In this document: one piece after another, positions 18,113 through 28,241 of the stretch
Numbering within the stretch: the first letter of the stretch is position 1
How the letters are laid out: the number at the start of each line of letters is the position of its first letter
Assembly: GCA_025454495.1 (NCBI GenBank)
Contig: JALOOI010000001.1
Location: forward strand, 18,415 to 82,414
DNA: 64,000 bases
Origin: Anaerolineae bacterium
GTDB taxonomy: Bacteria; Chloroflexota; Anaerolineae; Aggregatilineales; Phototrophicaceae
Direction of reading: 5' to 3'
The notes under the pieces: generated by a model
Told to the model about the DNA's origin: nothing
Seen by the model: only the letters and a program-made list of their open reading frames with translations
Database searches by the model: none
Program-made: the position numbers and the translations under genes

Positions 18113-18880
18113 TCACGGCGTGGCGATGGCTTCGCGCAGGGATTGCGCCAGATGCTGCATGGCGGCCAGCCCGTGCTGGCTTTCGCGCAGCAGGGCGCTG
18201 GCGACGATGAAGCCGTTCACCATCTGGTTGATGGCGCGGGCGTGTTCCGGCTTGCTGATGCCGAAGCCCAGCACCAGCGGCATGGGCGTATAGCGCCGCA
18301 CCCGGGCGATGAAGTCTGGCAGCTCGGCCGAGAGGGTGTCCCGTGCGCCGGTGACACCCACCTGGGCGACGGCATAAATGAAGCCGGTGGCGACCCCGGC
18401 CACCAGGCGAATGCGGGCTTCGCTGCTGGTGGGTGCCAGGAAGAAGACCAGCGCCAGTCCTTCGCGCTGGCAGACCTCACTGAAGTAGTGGGCTTCCTCC
18501 GGCGGCAAATCCGGGATGATGAAGCCATCCGCCCCGGCGGCTTTTGCGTCCTGCACAAAGCGTTCCGGGCCATAGGCCAGCAGCGGGTTCACGTAGCTCA
18601 TCATCATCATGGGCTGCTGTAGATCATGCCCGCGCAGCGCGGCCACTGCCTCCAGGCATTTTTTGACGGTGGTGCCATTTTCCAGCGCTTTCTGGGTGGT
18701 CATCTGGATCACTGCGCCATCGGCGATGGGGTCGCTGAAGGGCATCCCGATCTCGAAAGCATCCACCCCGGCGGCGGCCAGGCGCAGCACCGCCTCCAGC
18801 GACGACTCATAATCCGGGTAGCCCACCGACCAGTAAGGCATGAAGGCGGCGCGTTTTTGCGTGGCGACGGTGCTGAACAT
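18113..18880 (-). CDS. trpA: Tryptophan synthase alpha chain
   Basis: TrpA profile (FMPYWSVGYPD...). Start at internal Met 18880. Confidence 0.9.
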   Translation of the reverse strand: MFSTVATQKRAAFMPYWSVGYPDYESSLEAVLRLAAAGVDAFEIGMPFSDPIADGAVIQMTTQKALENGTTVKKCLEAVAALRGHDLQQPMMMMSYVNPLLAYGPERFVQDAKAAGADGFIIPDLPPEEAHYFSEVCQREGLALVFFLAPTSSEARIRLVAGVATGFIYAVAQVGVTGARDTLSAELPDFIARVRRYTPMPLVLGFGISKPEHARAINQMVNGFIVASALLRESQHGLAAMQHLAQSLREAIATP

Positions 18881-19007
18881 GGTATGCAGGGCGGGCAGGC
18901 CCTGCGGGCGTGTGTGGCGATGGGTCACAGGGTTACGCTTTCAACCGATCATCGGGTTCAATAGATCATGGCGTTGTGTTATCTGGCGTACAGCGGCTGC
19001 CGGCCCC

Positions 19008-19961
19008 TCAGGCCGGCAGCCCATTCCCGCCTGCGCCCGTGCCGGGGCGCACCAGCCGGCGGATGGCCTCAATCACCAGTTCCGGCGCGTCCAGATGCAG
19101 TTCATGCTTCGCCTGCTCAGCGATGATCTGGCGGCTGTCCGCGCTGTACGTCGTTAAATCCTGCTGCAAGTCCTGCCACACCGGCGACAGCGCGCTTTTG
19201 GTGGGGGTGCGGGTGAGCACAATCAGCGGCGTATCGCCCAGGTCAAAGCTCAGCGGCTCCGCCCAGGTGGCATTGACCTCGTGGAACATGGTTTGCACGC
19301 TGCGCGGATGCAGCGCCCGGTGAGCCGTGAGCAGTTCCGGCGGCAGTTGCGCCAGATGGCCGCCGGGCGGGCCGGCCGTCAGCCGCTGGTAGCCGATGAG
19401 CGCTTTCAGGCGGGCTTGCCACAATTCGCGCAGTTCGCCGCGCAGGTTAATTTCCGGGCGCAGGTGCATTTGCGGGTGGGAAGCATCCACCAGCACCACG
19501 CCGGCCGTCTGTGCCCCGTAACGGTCGGCAAAGGCCAGCGCATAGAGGCCGCCCAGGGAATGGCCCACCAGCACATACGGCTCCGGCAGGTCAGCGGCTT
19601 TCAGCAGCGCGTGCAGTTCTTTGACGATTTTACCGGGCGTGCGCGGCCCATCGCCCCAATCGCTCCAGCCGTAACCGGCGCGGTCATACGTCACCACGCG
19701 GGCGAACTGCGCCACCTGCTGCTGAATGAGCCGCCATTCCGGGCAAAAGCCGCCCGCGCCACTCAGCAGCACCACCGTCAGTTGTGCGTGCTGCTGGCCC
19801 GCTTCGATGAGGTGCATCTGCCGGCCGCCGGCGTTGACCATGCGCCCCGGCGGTTTCAGCCGGCGGCGGGCCTGTTCGCCGGCCAGCCGTTCATACACCA
19901 CCCCCACGAAGGGCAGGCCCAGCAGCGCCAGCCCCACCAGCAGCAGGATCAGGCGTTTCAC
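19008..19961 (-). CDS. Alpha/beta-fold hydrolase, membrane-anchored, lying between trpB and trpA
   Basis: GHSLGG nucleophile elbow. Hydrophobic N-terminus. 4-nt overlap with the trpB stop. Confidence 0.7.
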   Translation of the reverse strand: MKRLILLLVGLALLGLPFVGVVYERLAGEQARRRLKPPGRMVNAGGRQMHLIEAGQQHAQLTVVLLSGAGGFCPEWRLIQQQVAQFARVVTYDRAGYGWSDWGDGPRTPGKIVKELHALLKAADLPEPYVLVGHSLGGLYALAFADRYGAQTAGVVLVDASHPQMHLRPEINLRGELRELWQARLKALIGYQRLTAGPPGGHLAQLPPELLTAHRALHPRSVQTMFHEVNATWAEPLSFDLGDTPLIVLTRTPTKSALSPVWQDLQQDLTTYSADSRQIIAEQAKHELHLDAPELVIEAIRRLVRPGTGAGGNGLPA

Positions 19962-21187
19962 AGGCGATCTCCCAGAATTTTAATCACTGTGTCCAGGTCT
20001 TTATCGCCCCGGCCGGAGAGATTCACCAGCAGCACCGAATCGCGGGACATGGTGGGCGCACGTTTGATGACCTCGGCGACGGCGTGGGCGGTCTCCAGCG
20101 CCGGGATGATGCCTTCCATCTCGCTGAGGGTGCGGAAGGCCGCCAGCGCTTCGTCATCGGTGGCGCTGGTGTAGTAAGCGCGTTCCAGCGAGCGCAGGTA
20201 GGCATGTTCCGGGCCGATGGAGGGGTAATCCAGCCCGGCGCTGATGCTGTGCGTCTCGCGCACCTGGCCATCGTCATCCTGCATCACATAGGAGCGCGTG
20301 CCGTGCAGCACCCCGGGCCGGCTGATGTTGAGATCGGCAAAGCGGGCGGCGTGTTTACCGCTGTCAATGCCGCTGCCGCCGGCTTCCACGCCGATCAAAT
20401 CCACGCTGTCATCGTTGCGGAAGGCGTGGAAGAGGCCGATGGCGTTGCTGCCGCCGCCCACACAGGCGATGCACACATCCGGGAGCTGCCCGGCCAGCGC
20501 CAGCATTTGCGCCCGCGCTTCCACGCCGATCACGCTCTGAAAATCGCGCACCATCATGGGGTAGGGGTGCGGCCCCAGCGCCGAGCCGAGCAGGTAGAAG
20601 GTGGTGCGGACGTTCGTCACCCAGTCGCGCATGGCCTCATTGATGGCATCCTTCAGCGTTTTGCTGCCGCTTTCCACCGGGATCACCTCTGCGCCCATCA
20701 GCTTCATGCGGAAGACGTTGGGCTGCTGGCGGGCCATATCCACGCTGCCCATGTACACATGGCATTCCAGCCCCAGCAGGGCGGCCGCCGTGGCCGAAGC
20801 CACCCCGTGCTGGCCTGCGCCCGTCTCGGCGATTACCCGGTGGCGGCCCATGCGCTTTGCCAGCAGCGCCTGCCCCAGGGCATTGTTGATCTTGTGGGCC
20901 CCGGTGTGGGCCAGGTCTTCGCGCTTGAGGTAAATTTTCGCGCCGCCAAGCTGCTCCGTCAGCCGGCGGGCAAAGGTGACGGGCGTGGGCCGGCCGGTAT
21001 AGGTTTGCTGGAGGTGGGCCAGTTCCGCATGAAAGGCCGGGTCGGCCATGGCCTGCGCGTATTCGGTGGTCAGTTCTTCCAGCGCCGGGACGATGGTTTC
21101 GGGCACAAAACGCCCGCCAAACGCGCCATAATAACCCCGTTCGGTGGGCACACTGGTGGTACCGGTTTTGATGTAAAAGTCGCTCAT
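19958..21187 (-). CDS. trpB: Tryptophan synthase beta chain
   Basis: [10 protein letters not shown]... and PLP-fold motifs. Confidence 0.92.
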   Translation of the reverse strand: MSDFYIKTGTTSVPTERGYYGAFGGRFVPETIVPALEELTTEYAQAMADPAFHAELAHLQQTYTGRPTPVTFARRLTEQLGGAKIYLKREDLAHTGAHKINNALGQALLAKRMGRHRVIAETGAGQHGVASATAAALLGLECHVYMGSVDMARQQPNVFRMKLMGAEVIPVESGSKTLKDAINEAMRDWVTNVRTTFYLLGSALGPHPYPMMVRDFQSVIGVEARAQMLALAGQLPDVCIACVGGGSNAIGLFHAFRNDDSVDLIGVEAGGSGIDSGKHAARFADLNISRPGVLHGTRSYVMQDDDGQVRETHSISAGLDYPSIGPEHAYLRSLERAYYTSATDDEALAAFRTLSEMEGIIPALETAHAVAEVIKRAPTMSRDSVLLVNLSGRGDKDLDTVIKILGDRL

Positions 21188-22134
21188 TCTGGTTGATCTC
21201 GCTCACTGGTTGATAAACAGGTTGTTTTGACGAGGGCCATCCGGCCGGCAATTTTTGCCTGATCGTTTGGGTGATAGCGTTCCATATGCAGCGGAAACTG
21301 CTCATAATCCACCGCATAACTGAACGCCCGCAGCGCCTGAAAGGTGCGCCCGTAGACCGCGCCGCAGTCCAGCGCGACAAAGTCCGCGTCCAGCAGGGGA
21401 ATTTTCACCACCGGCAGCGGGCTATCGACGGCGATTTCGTACAGCAGCATCTCGCCTTCGGCCAGCGAGGGGCGCGGGTCGGTGACAATAATTCTATAGG
21501 GGTATGCGCCCGGCTCGCCCCCGGCGTAATCCGGCAGATGCGATAATACCGGCGGTGTTTCGTGCAGATAATCGATCTCCACCAGCGCCAGCCCGTTGTG
21601 CAGGGCCAGCGCCAGCCCGCTGTGCAGGGCCAGCGCCCGTTTTTCCCGGTACTGGAGCGCCCCGGAGCCGCCCGGTTTATTGGTGGGCGACAGCAGTTCG
21701 ATCCAGGTGATGGGCGTGCCGGCGCGGCCATCACGGCTGAGCGGGCGGATGGACAGGGCCATCAGGTAAATGGCCGGATCATCTTCCAGGGCCTGCGTCG
21801 CCGGCAGCGTGCGGGTGGGCAGCGATAGCACGGCCACGCCGGCCGGCAGCCCGGCCGGGGCTTCGGGTGTTCGCAGCACGCTGACATCCGGCCGCGGACG
21901 CGGTTTACGGCGGATGAGCACCGGCTCGCCTGTCTCCGGGTGCAGCTCGCGGATTTGCATCCCCTTTTCCAGATGCACCAGATAGCCCGCCGGCAGCAGC
22001 GCATCCAGCGCTTCTGCCAGGTGGGTGATGTGCGCGGCGTGGAATTCTTCCCATCCGGCCGGCTCATGCTGCAAATAGCTGTGCAGATGAGCATTAATCC
22101 CTGGATACTGGTTCTGGCGTTGATGAATGGCCAT
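21184..22134 (-). CDS. DUF4058-like protein (uncharacterised family), carrying an internal 8-aa tandem duplication
   Basis: The N-terminus ([12 protein letters not shown]...W..FH) and the ELLSPTNK block resemble the DUF4058 family as I recall it. The DNA carries a 24-bp in-frame tandem duplication. Confidence 0.45.
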   Translation of the reverse strand: MAIHQRQNQYPGINAHLHSYLQHEPAGWEEFHAAHITHLAEALDALLPAGYLVHLEKGMQIRELHPETGEPVLIRRKPRPRPDVSVLRTPEAPAGLPAGVAVLSLPTRTLPATQALEDDPAIYLMALSIRPLSRDGRAGTPITWIELLSPTNKPGGSGALQYREKRALALHSGLALALHNGLALVEIDYLHETPPVLSHLPDYAGGEPGAYPYRIIVTDPRPSLAEGEMLLYEIAVDSPLPVVKIPLLDADFVALDCGAVYGRTFQALRAFSYAVDYEQFPLHMERYHPNDQAKIAGRMALVKTTCLSTSERDQPE

Positions 22135-22146
22135 GTCTGGCGCTCC

Positions 22147-22776
22147 CTATACCCACAACCCGCGCTCGCCGGCCAGGCAGCGCTGCGCCAGCAGCAGCAC
22201 CTTCAGGAAATAATGATCCTGATGGGGCGTAAAATCTGCCTGGCGCACGTTGATTGTGGCCGTGGCCAGCCCCACCGCCGGGCAGGGGATGTGCTCCACC
22301 GCCCCGGTGAACAGGCGCAGCGCCGGCTCCACCGGCAGCGCCACCAGCCCGGCCACTTCCTCCTGCTGATACGTGAACGTGCTCAGCGGCTGCTGGCACA
22401 CGTAAAAAAACACATCGGCCACTTCATAATCCAGCAGGCCGGCATACTGCGCGGCAGACACCCGCCGCCCGGCCGGGATGAGATCGGCAAAGTCCACCGG
22501 CAGCCCCAGTTCTTCGCGCACTTCGCGCACGCCATCGCGGATGGTTTCGCCGGCGGTGTAGTGCCCGGCTGCGCTCACATCCAGAAACAGCGGGAAGGTG
22601 GCTTTGGCGGCGCTGCGCTGCTGCACGATCAGCCAGTCCTGGCCGGCGGCATCGCGCTGGATGACGTGGCAGTTAAAAACCCGGTGCCAGTCACCCGCCT
22701 GATGCACCGCCGACCGGGCTTTGATGCCCAGGTGTGTCATATTCGCATCGTAGTAATCCAGCAGTTCTTCGCTCAC
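22147..22776 (-). CDS. NUDIX hydrolase
   Basis: Nudix box GHYTAGETIRDGVREVREELGL. Confidence 0.75.
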   Translation of the reverse strand: MSEELLDYYDANMTHLGIKARSAVHQAGDWHRVFNCHVIQRDAAGQDWLIVQQRSAAKATFPLFLDVSAAGHYTAGETIRDGVREVREELGLPVDFADLIPAGRRVSAAQYAGLLDYEVADVFFYVCQQPLSTFTYQQEEVAGLVALPVEPALRLFTGAVEHIPCPAVGLATATINVRQADFTPHQDHYFLKVLLLAQRCLAGERGLWV

Positions 22777-23441
22777 AGGGCCCCTTTCGCCGCCGCGATA
22801 AAAGCGTGCATTCTGGCTGCATCTTTGCGGCCGGGCGTGCCGGCTTCCACGCCGCTGGCCACATCCACCCCCCAGGGCGCAATGGACTGCACCCGTTCCG
22901 CGACATTTTCCGGGGTCAGGCCGCCGGCCAGCAGCACACGCGGCACGGCCGCTTTCACGGCCAGCGCCAGCGCCTGGCTGACCACCGCGCCGGTGCCGCC
23001 GCGCAGCGTGGGATGAAAGGCATCCAGCAGCAGCGACGGCACCCGGTCATCCGGCGAAAAGACCGGCTGGAAATACTGCACCTCCGCCAGCGCCGCTGCT
23101 GCGCTGTCCGGCTGGATGGCCTTAAACACCCGCCGGCCCAGCGCGGTCATCATCTCCACCGATTCATCGCCGCTGAGCTGCACAAAATCCAGCCCCACCT
23201 GGCGATAAATGCTGTCAATGTCGCTGTCGGTGGCATTGACGAAGACCCCCACCAGCACCGGGCAGGCGGGGCCGGTGGCCTGGCGCAGCGCCTGGCACAG
23301 GTCACGGGCGGCGGCCGGGGCCAGGTAACGCGGACTCTTCGGGTAAAAATTAAGGCCGATCAAATCTGCGCCCGCCTGCGCGGCCAGCAGCGCATCGTCC
23401 AGCGTGGTGATGCCGCAGATTTTAACCCTGGTGGTGTTCAT
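22773..23441 (-). CDS. trpF: Phosphoribosylanthranilate isomerase
   Basis: KICGIT...GLNFYPKSPRY motifs. Start at internal Met 23441. Confidence 0.85.
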   Translation of the reverse strand: MNTTRVKICGITTLDDALLAAQAGADLIGLNFYPKSPRYLAPAAARDLCQALRQATGPACPVLVGVFVNATDSDIDSIYRQVGLDFVQLSGDESVEMMTALGRRVFKAIQPDSAAAALAEVQYFQPVFSPDDRVPSLLLDAFHPTLRGGTGAVVSQALALAVKAAVPRVLLAGGLTPENVAERVQSIAPWGVDVASGVEAGTPGRKDAARMHAFIAAAKGAL

Positions 23442-23536
23442 GGTCACGCATCCTGGCCCGGCCCGCGGCCGGCAACGGTCGCTCTTTAGCCTGATGATCG
23501 TCCGGCCCGCCCGCGCCGGGCCGGCCACCGACCCTG

Positions 23537-24019
23537 TTAGATGAAGACGGCATCATCTTTACCGGCAAGCTGGCGCAGTTGTTCCGTCTGGCCGGCGTGG
23601 TACGCCTCATGGAAGGCCAGCCGGGACAGCCAGTAGAACAAAGTCTGGTCGCCCACGGGCTTTTCCAGGTCGGCCGGGTTGATTTTTTGCAGCGCCGCCA
23701 GCACGCGCACCTGGCTGGCATCCAGATCGGCCCGCAGTTTTTCCAGCGAACAGGCCTGATCGGCATTCTCGGCGGTGATGGGCGCGGAACCGCGGCCATA
23801 GGGGGCCGCTTCTTCCTTGCTCCACAGCGGCGGCTCACCCAGCATGAGCAGCAGCCGCCCGCGGCTGACGATGAGATGCCCCAGAATCCAGTTCAAACAG
23901 TTGCCCCGGAAGGGAAGCTGGCGCAGGCTGTCGGCGTGGCTGAGGTCGGCTGTTTGCGCCTTCAACACGTCATACGTAAACAGAAACTGCTGAATGATGA
24001 TATCTACCGGCTGATACAT
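23537..24019 (-). CDS. DinB/YfiT-like (DinB_2) putative metal-dependent hydrolase
   Basis: WILGHL and HEAYHAGQ histidine motifs. Confidence 0.6.
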   Translation of the reverse strand: MYQPVDIIIQQFLFTYDVLKAQTADLSHADSLRQLPFRGNCLNWILGHLIVSRGRLLLMLGEPPLWSKEEAAPYGRGSAPITAENADQACSLEKLRADLDASQVRVLAALQKINPADLEKPVGDQTLFYWLSRLAFHEAYHAGQTEQLRQLAGKDDAVFI

Positions 24020-24057
24020 GGCTGCTCCTCTTGATTTACTGCCCCGGCTGCTCCTGC

Positions 24058-24882
24058 TTAACCCGGCACCGGCTGCCCGCTAAAATCGCGCACGGATTGC
24101 GCCAGTGCGCCGGCCGTCACCAGCGCTTCGCCCACCAGCACCGCGCGGGCCCCGTGTGCGCCCATTTGCCGCACATCCGCCGCGGACAGAATGCCGCTTT
24201 CTGCCACCAGCGTCACTGTCGGCGGGGCCAGCCGCGCCAGCCGCGCCGTCACCTCCAGGCTCACCTGGAAGGTCTTCAAATCGCGGTTGTTGATGCCGAT
24301 GAGCGTCGCGCCCAGGCGCAGCGCCCGCTCCATCTCCGCTTCGGTATGCACTTCCACCAGCGCGGCCATGCCCTGTTCCAGCGCCAGCGCGTGCAGGTCG
24401 GCAAGCTGCGCATCATCCAGCGCCGCCACGATCAACAGGATGGCATCGGCACAGAAGGCCCGCGAAAAATACACCTGGTACGGATCAATGATGAAATCTT
24501 TACGCAGCACGGGCAGCGAAACCGCCTGGCGCACGCTGCCCATATCGCCAATGTGTCCCTGAAAGAACGACGTATCGGTCAGCACGGAGATGGCCGCCGC
24601 GCCGCTGGCGGCATAAGTGGTGCCCAGGGCCACCGGGTCGAAGTTTTCCACCAGCACCCCGCGGCTGGGCGAGGCCTTTTTCACCTCGGCGATGAGGGCG
24701 ATGGTATCGCGCCGCAGCGCCCCGGCAAAATCCCGCGGGCGGCGGTCGGCATCGGTGGTGCGGGTGATCTCCGCCTTGCGGATGACGACGTTGGCCGGCA
24801 TTTTCGCCTTATCCTGGGCGATGTCGGCCACTTTCTGCGCCAGAATTTTATCCAGGTAACTATCGGTTTTGACGTAATGCAT
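24058..24882 (-). CDS. trpC: Indole-3-glycerol phosphate synthase
   Basis: TrpC profile (IAEVKKASPSRG...LRKDFI...EVH). Confidence 0.88.
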   Translation of the reverse strand: MHYVKTDSYLDKILAQKVADIAQDKAKMPANVVIRKAEITRTTDADRRPRDFAGALRRDTIALIAEVKKASPSRGVLVENFDPVALGTTYAASGAAAISVLTDTSFFQGHIGDMGSVRQAVSLPVLRKDFIIDPYQVYFSRAFCADAILLIVAALDDAQLADLHALALEQGMAALVEVHTEAEMERALRLGATLIGINNRDLKTFQVSLEVTARLARLAPPTVTLVAESGILSAADVRQMGAHGARAVLVGEALVTAGALAQSVRDFSGQPVPG

Positions 24883-24897
24883 ACTGTCTCCTGCCTG

Positions 24898-25962
24898 TCA
24901 CGGGCGATGGTGGCCGCCGGGTTCATGGCGAAACTGGCGGCTGAAAGCAATCAGCGCGTCCAGCCGGTGCAGGGCCGCGCCGCTGTCAAGGCTGGTGCGG
25001 GCCAGGTCAATGCCGCTGGCTAAATCGGCGGCGGTGCCGGCGGCCACCAGAGCGGCCCCCGCGTTCAGCAGCACCACATCGCGCCGGGCATCGCGCACGT
25101 CGCCGGCCAGGATGCCGCGCAACATGGCGGCATTGGTGGCCGCATCGCCCCCGCGCAGCGCGGACACGCTCGCGCCGGCAAAGCCGTAAGCCAGCGGGTC
25201 CAGGTCGAAGGTGGTGACGGTGCCATCTTCCTTAAGCTGGCTGATGCGGTTGGGCCCGCTGACGGTCAGTTCATCCAGCCCGCCATAGCCATTCACGATG
25301 AGCGCCGAGCGCGTGCCGAGCGCCTTCAACACATGGGCGATCAGGTCGGTGAGGTCGGCGGCGAACACGCCCATCAACTGGCGGTTGGCCCCGGCCGGGT
25401 TGGTGAGCGGCCCCAGGATATTGAAAATGGTGCGAATGGCCATCTCGCGGCGCGGGTTGATGGCGAATTTCATGGCCGGGTGCAGCCGCACCGCGAACAA
25501 AAAGCCGATGCCCACTTCATCAATGCACGCGCCCACCTGTTCCGGCGTTAAATCCAGGTTCACTCCCAGTTCGCCCAGCACATCGGCGCTGCCGCACTGG
25601 CTGGTGGCGGCGCGGTTGCCGTGTTTGGCCACGCGCACCCCGGCCCCGGCGGCCACAAAGGCCACCGTGGTACTAATATTGAACGTGCCGGATTTGTCGC
25701 CGCCGGTGCCGCAGGTATCCAGCAGGTCGCCGGCGCTGCGTACCGGCACGCGGCTGGCTTTGTTCCGCATGGCGCGGGCGCTGCCGGTGATTTCTTCCGG
25801 CGTTTCGCCCTTCATCCGCAGCGCCATCAGGTACGCGCCAATCTGCGAATCGGTGGCGCTGCCACTCATGATCTGTTCCATCACCGCTTCGGCTTCTTCC
25901 GCCTGCAGGTGGCCGAAGCGGCTTAACAGCTCAATCGCCCGCTGAATGGTCATCTCGCTCAT
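24898..25962 (-). CDS. trpD: Anthranilate phosphoribosyltransferase
   Basis: GTGGDKSGTFNIST motif. Start at Met 25962, 7 nt after GGAGGAGGA. Confidence 0.9.
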   Translation of the reverse strand: MSEMTIQRAIELLSRFGHLQAEEAEAVMEQIMSGSATDSQIGAYLMALRMKGETPEEITGSARAMRNKASRVPVRSAGDLLDTCGTGGDKSGTFNISTTVAFVAAGAGVRVAKHGNRAATSQCGSADVLGELGVNLDLTPEQVGACIDEVGIGFLFAVRLHPAMKFAINPRREMAIRTIFNILGPLTNPAGANRQLMGVFAADLTDLIAHVLKALGTRSALIVNGYGGLDELTVSGPNRISQLKEDGTVTTFDLDPLAYGFAGASVSALRGGDAATNAAMLRGILAGDVRDARRDVVLLNAGAALVAAGTAADLASGIDLARTSLDSGAALHRLDALIAFSRQFRHEPGGHHRP

Positions 25963-26854
25963 CAGGGTATCCTCCTCCGGGCGCACTGCGATAGGAGTCG
26001 CGCCGGCGTGCTGCCATTAAGGCCTGCAATTCTTCCGGTGTATAGGGCGGCGTGCGCTGGTGCGCCATGCGGTGGCAGTTGGCGCACAGCATGGCCAGGT
26101 CTTCCACACGGCTCACATGGTCTTCATCCAGCGCGGCCATCTGCCGCAGGTGATGCGCTTCGATATAGTCGATGCCGTACACCGCGGCAAAGTCGAATCC
26201 GCATACCTGGCAGAATAAATGCCCGTGCTGCTGGCGATAGCGCAGCCGTGCGGTTTCCACCAGGCTGCGGTTGCGATGCCGCTGGCGCAGCGTGCGGACG
26301 ACGATTTTACCTTCGGCATAGGCGGCATCATCTTCCGTCAGTTCTAAAAAGTCCTGCGCCGTCGTGGGCACATATTCATCAGAATACCAGATGTCCTCCA
26401 GCATTCGGCCGGAGTCTTCCGTCAGGCGGCGCAGCGCCCGGAACTGGTTCGCGTCGATGCGCTGATCGGCCGTCAGCAGCAGCGTGTCCTGGGTGCGGCT
26501 GGCGAAGCGCAGCAGGGCGGCCGCCGGGGTGATGTCCACCTCGCGCAGCGGCTCCACCCGGTGCCGGTTGGCGATGGCGTACCAGTCCGCCTCGATCCAG
26601 TCACCGGGGTACGCGCCCACCAGGTCCTGGGCAATTTCGATGTGATCGACCACTGTTTCCACCAGAATCCGCCCGATCAGCAGCAGCCGCCCGATGTGGA
26701 TATTCACCAGCCACAGCACATCCCCCGGCTTCACGCGGGCCAGGTGGGGGCTGGCGGCATAGGCCGCGCTGCGCGTGGCGGCCAGGTTCACCCGTTCTTC
26801 CGGGGTCAGCTTCCAGTACAGCACATAATGGGCAGGTTGAAGATAACCGGACAT
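25931..26854 (-). CDS. HNH endonuclease domain protein with an uncharacterised N-terminal domain, inserted between trpG and trpD
   Basis: C-terminal CQVCGFDF...IEAHHL...LCANCHRMAH (HNH). The roughly 200-aa N-terminus is unassigned. Its 3' end overlaps the trpD start by 32 nt. Confidence 0.7.
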   Translation of the reverse strand: MSGYLQPAHYVLYWKLTPEERVNLAATRSAAYAASPHLARVKPGDVLWLVNIHIGRLLLIGRILVETVVDHIEIAQDLVGAYPGDWIEADWYAIANRHRVEPLREVDITPAAALLRFASRTQDTLLLTADQRIDANQFRALRRLTEDSGRMLEDIWYSDEYVPTTAQDFLELTEDDAAYAEGKIVVRTLRQRHRNRSLVETARLRYRQQHGHLFCQVCGFDFAAVYGIDYIEAHHLRQMAALDEDHVSRVEDLAMLCANCHRMAHQRTPPYTPEELQALMAARRRDSYRSAPGGGYPDERDDHSAGD

Positions 26855-26946
26855 GGCACCGCCACCCGTGGATGCAGCCTGTTCTAGTGTCCGATAATCA
26901 TAACACAGCCGTTCTAAAATCCCACACAGCCGCGCTCCGGGCGCGG

Positions 26947-27531
26947 TTACGCCGGTGCCAGCAAAAACACATTTTCCAGAAAGTTTTGCAGGATGCGAAT
27001 GCCATTTTGCGTCAGGATGCTCTCCGGGTGGAACTGCACCCCCACCACCGGGTGCGTGCGATGCCGCAGGCCCATAATTTCGCCGCTATCGGCCCGGGCG
27101 ATGATGCTCAGGCAGTCCGGCAGCGTGGCTTCCTCCACCACCAGGCTGTGATAGCGGGTGGCGATGAAGGGATCGGGCAGGCCGTCGAACAATGGATCGT
27201 GCTGATGGTGGATGAGGCTGGTTTTGCCATGCATCAGCCGGGGGGCGTGCGTCACCACGCCGCCGTATACTTCGCCGATGGCCTGGTGCCCCAGGCATAC
27301 GCCCAGGGTGGGGATGGCCGCGCCCAGTTCCCGAATGACCTGGCCGGAGATGCCGGCCTGGGCCGGGAAACCGGGGCCGGGCGAGATGACGATGTGCGAC
27401 GGGGCCAGCGCGTGAATTTCTGCCAGGGTGATGCAGTCGTTGCGGGCCACGGTGATCTGCGCCCCCAGTTCGCCCATCTCCTGCACGATGTTATAGGTAA
27501 AGCTGTCGTAATTGTCGATGACCAGAATCAT
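26947..27531 (-). CDS. trpG: Anthranilate synthase component II (glutamine amidotransferase)
   Basis: GVCLGHQ catalytic Cys region, HPES. Confidence 0.88.
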   Translation of the reverse strand: MILVIDNYDSFTYNIVQEMGELGAQITVARNDCITLAEIHALAPSHIVISPGPGFPAQAGISGQVIRELGAAIPTLGVCLGHQAIGEVYGGVVTHAPRLMHGKTSLIHHQHDPLFDGLPDPFIATRYHSLVVEEATLPDCLSIIARADSGEIMGLRHRTHPVVGVQFHPESILTQNGIRILQNFLENVFLLAPA

Positions 27532-28175
27532 GCCTGTTTCTCCATCTCCGGGAAATCGGTGGAGGGCATCCCCTCCAGATGCGTAACATCGTTGCGCTGC
27601 GTCAGCTTCCAGCCATCAGCGGTAGCCACCAGCGACGTGACCGACATATTGTTGAATTCCATCGAAAGCGCATCCAGTTCGGGCAGCAGCACGCCCAGCA
27701 GCGCCCGGATGGCGGTGGTGTGGGTGACGAGGCCGATGGTGTTTTCCGCCGCGCCGGCCACCAGGGCATCGAAAGCGGCTTTCATGCGGGCCGCCACCAC
27801 CCGGCGCGATTCGCCGCCAGGGATGATGTAGTCATCCGGGCTGGCCAGCAGCGCCTGATACTCGTCGCTGTACCACTCCATCACCTCCTGCTGCGTCAGC
27901 CCCTGCCAGATGCCGATATGCCGTTCCCGCAGGCGGGCATCCGCCACCGGCTGGATTGGCAGCCGGGCCGCCAGGATGTGGGCCGTCTCCTGCGCCCGGC
28001 GCAGATCGCTGGTGTACAGCGCCTGAATGCCAATGGGGCGCACAAACTGCGCCAGGCGCTCGCACTGCTGCCGGCCATGATCGTTGAGGGGAATGGCGAC
28101 CTGTCCCTGCCAGCGCCCCAGGCGGTTCCACCGGGTTTCGCCCGGCCGAATGAAAATCACCCGTTTGCTGCTCAT
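27528..28175 (-). CDS. Histidine phosphatase (phosphoglycerate mutase-like) family protein, lying between trpE and trpG
   Basis: The RPGETRWN motif, though the usual RHGE histidine reads RPGE here. Start at internal Met 28175. 4-nt overlap with the trpG start. Confidence 0.7.
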   Translation of the reverse strand: MSSKRVIFIRPGETRWNRLGRWQGQVAIPLNDHGRQQCERLAQFVRPIGIQALYTSDLRRAQETAHILAARLPIQPVADARLRERHIGIWQGLTQQEVMEWYSDEYQALLASPDDYIIPGGESRRVVAARMKAAFDALVAGAAENTIGLVTHTTAIRALLGVLLPELDALSMEFNNMSVTSLVATADGWKLTQRNDVTHLEGMPSTDFPEMEKQA

Positions 28176-28241
28176 GTCTGTGCTCCTGGTCTGTGCCTGC
28201 TGCGGGCTGTACGCCCGCCTGAACATGGCCCCGATTATGCC

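Noticed and set aside
17747-18293. Two overlapping ORFs (17747..18022 minus, 17778..18293 plus) across the tRNA region
   Set aside because: They overlap a well-folded tRNA-Arg and its flanks. No motifs. Likely non-coding.
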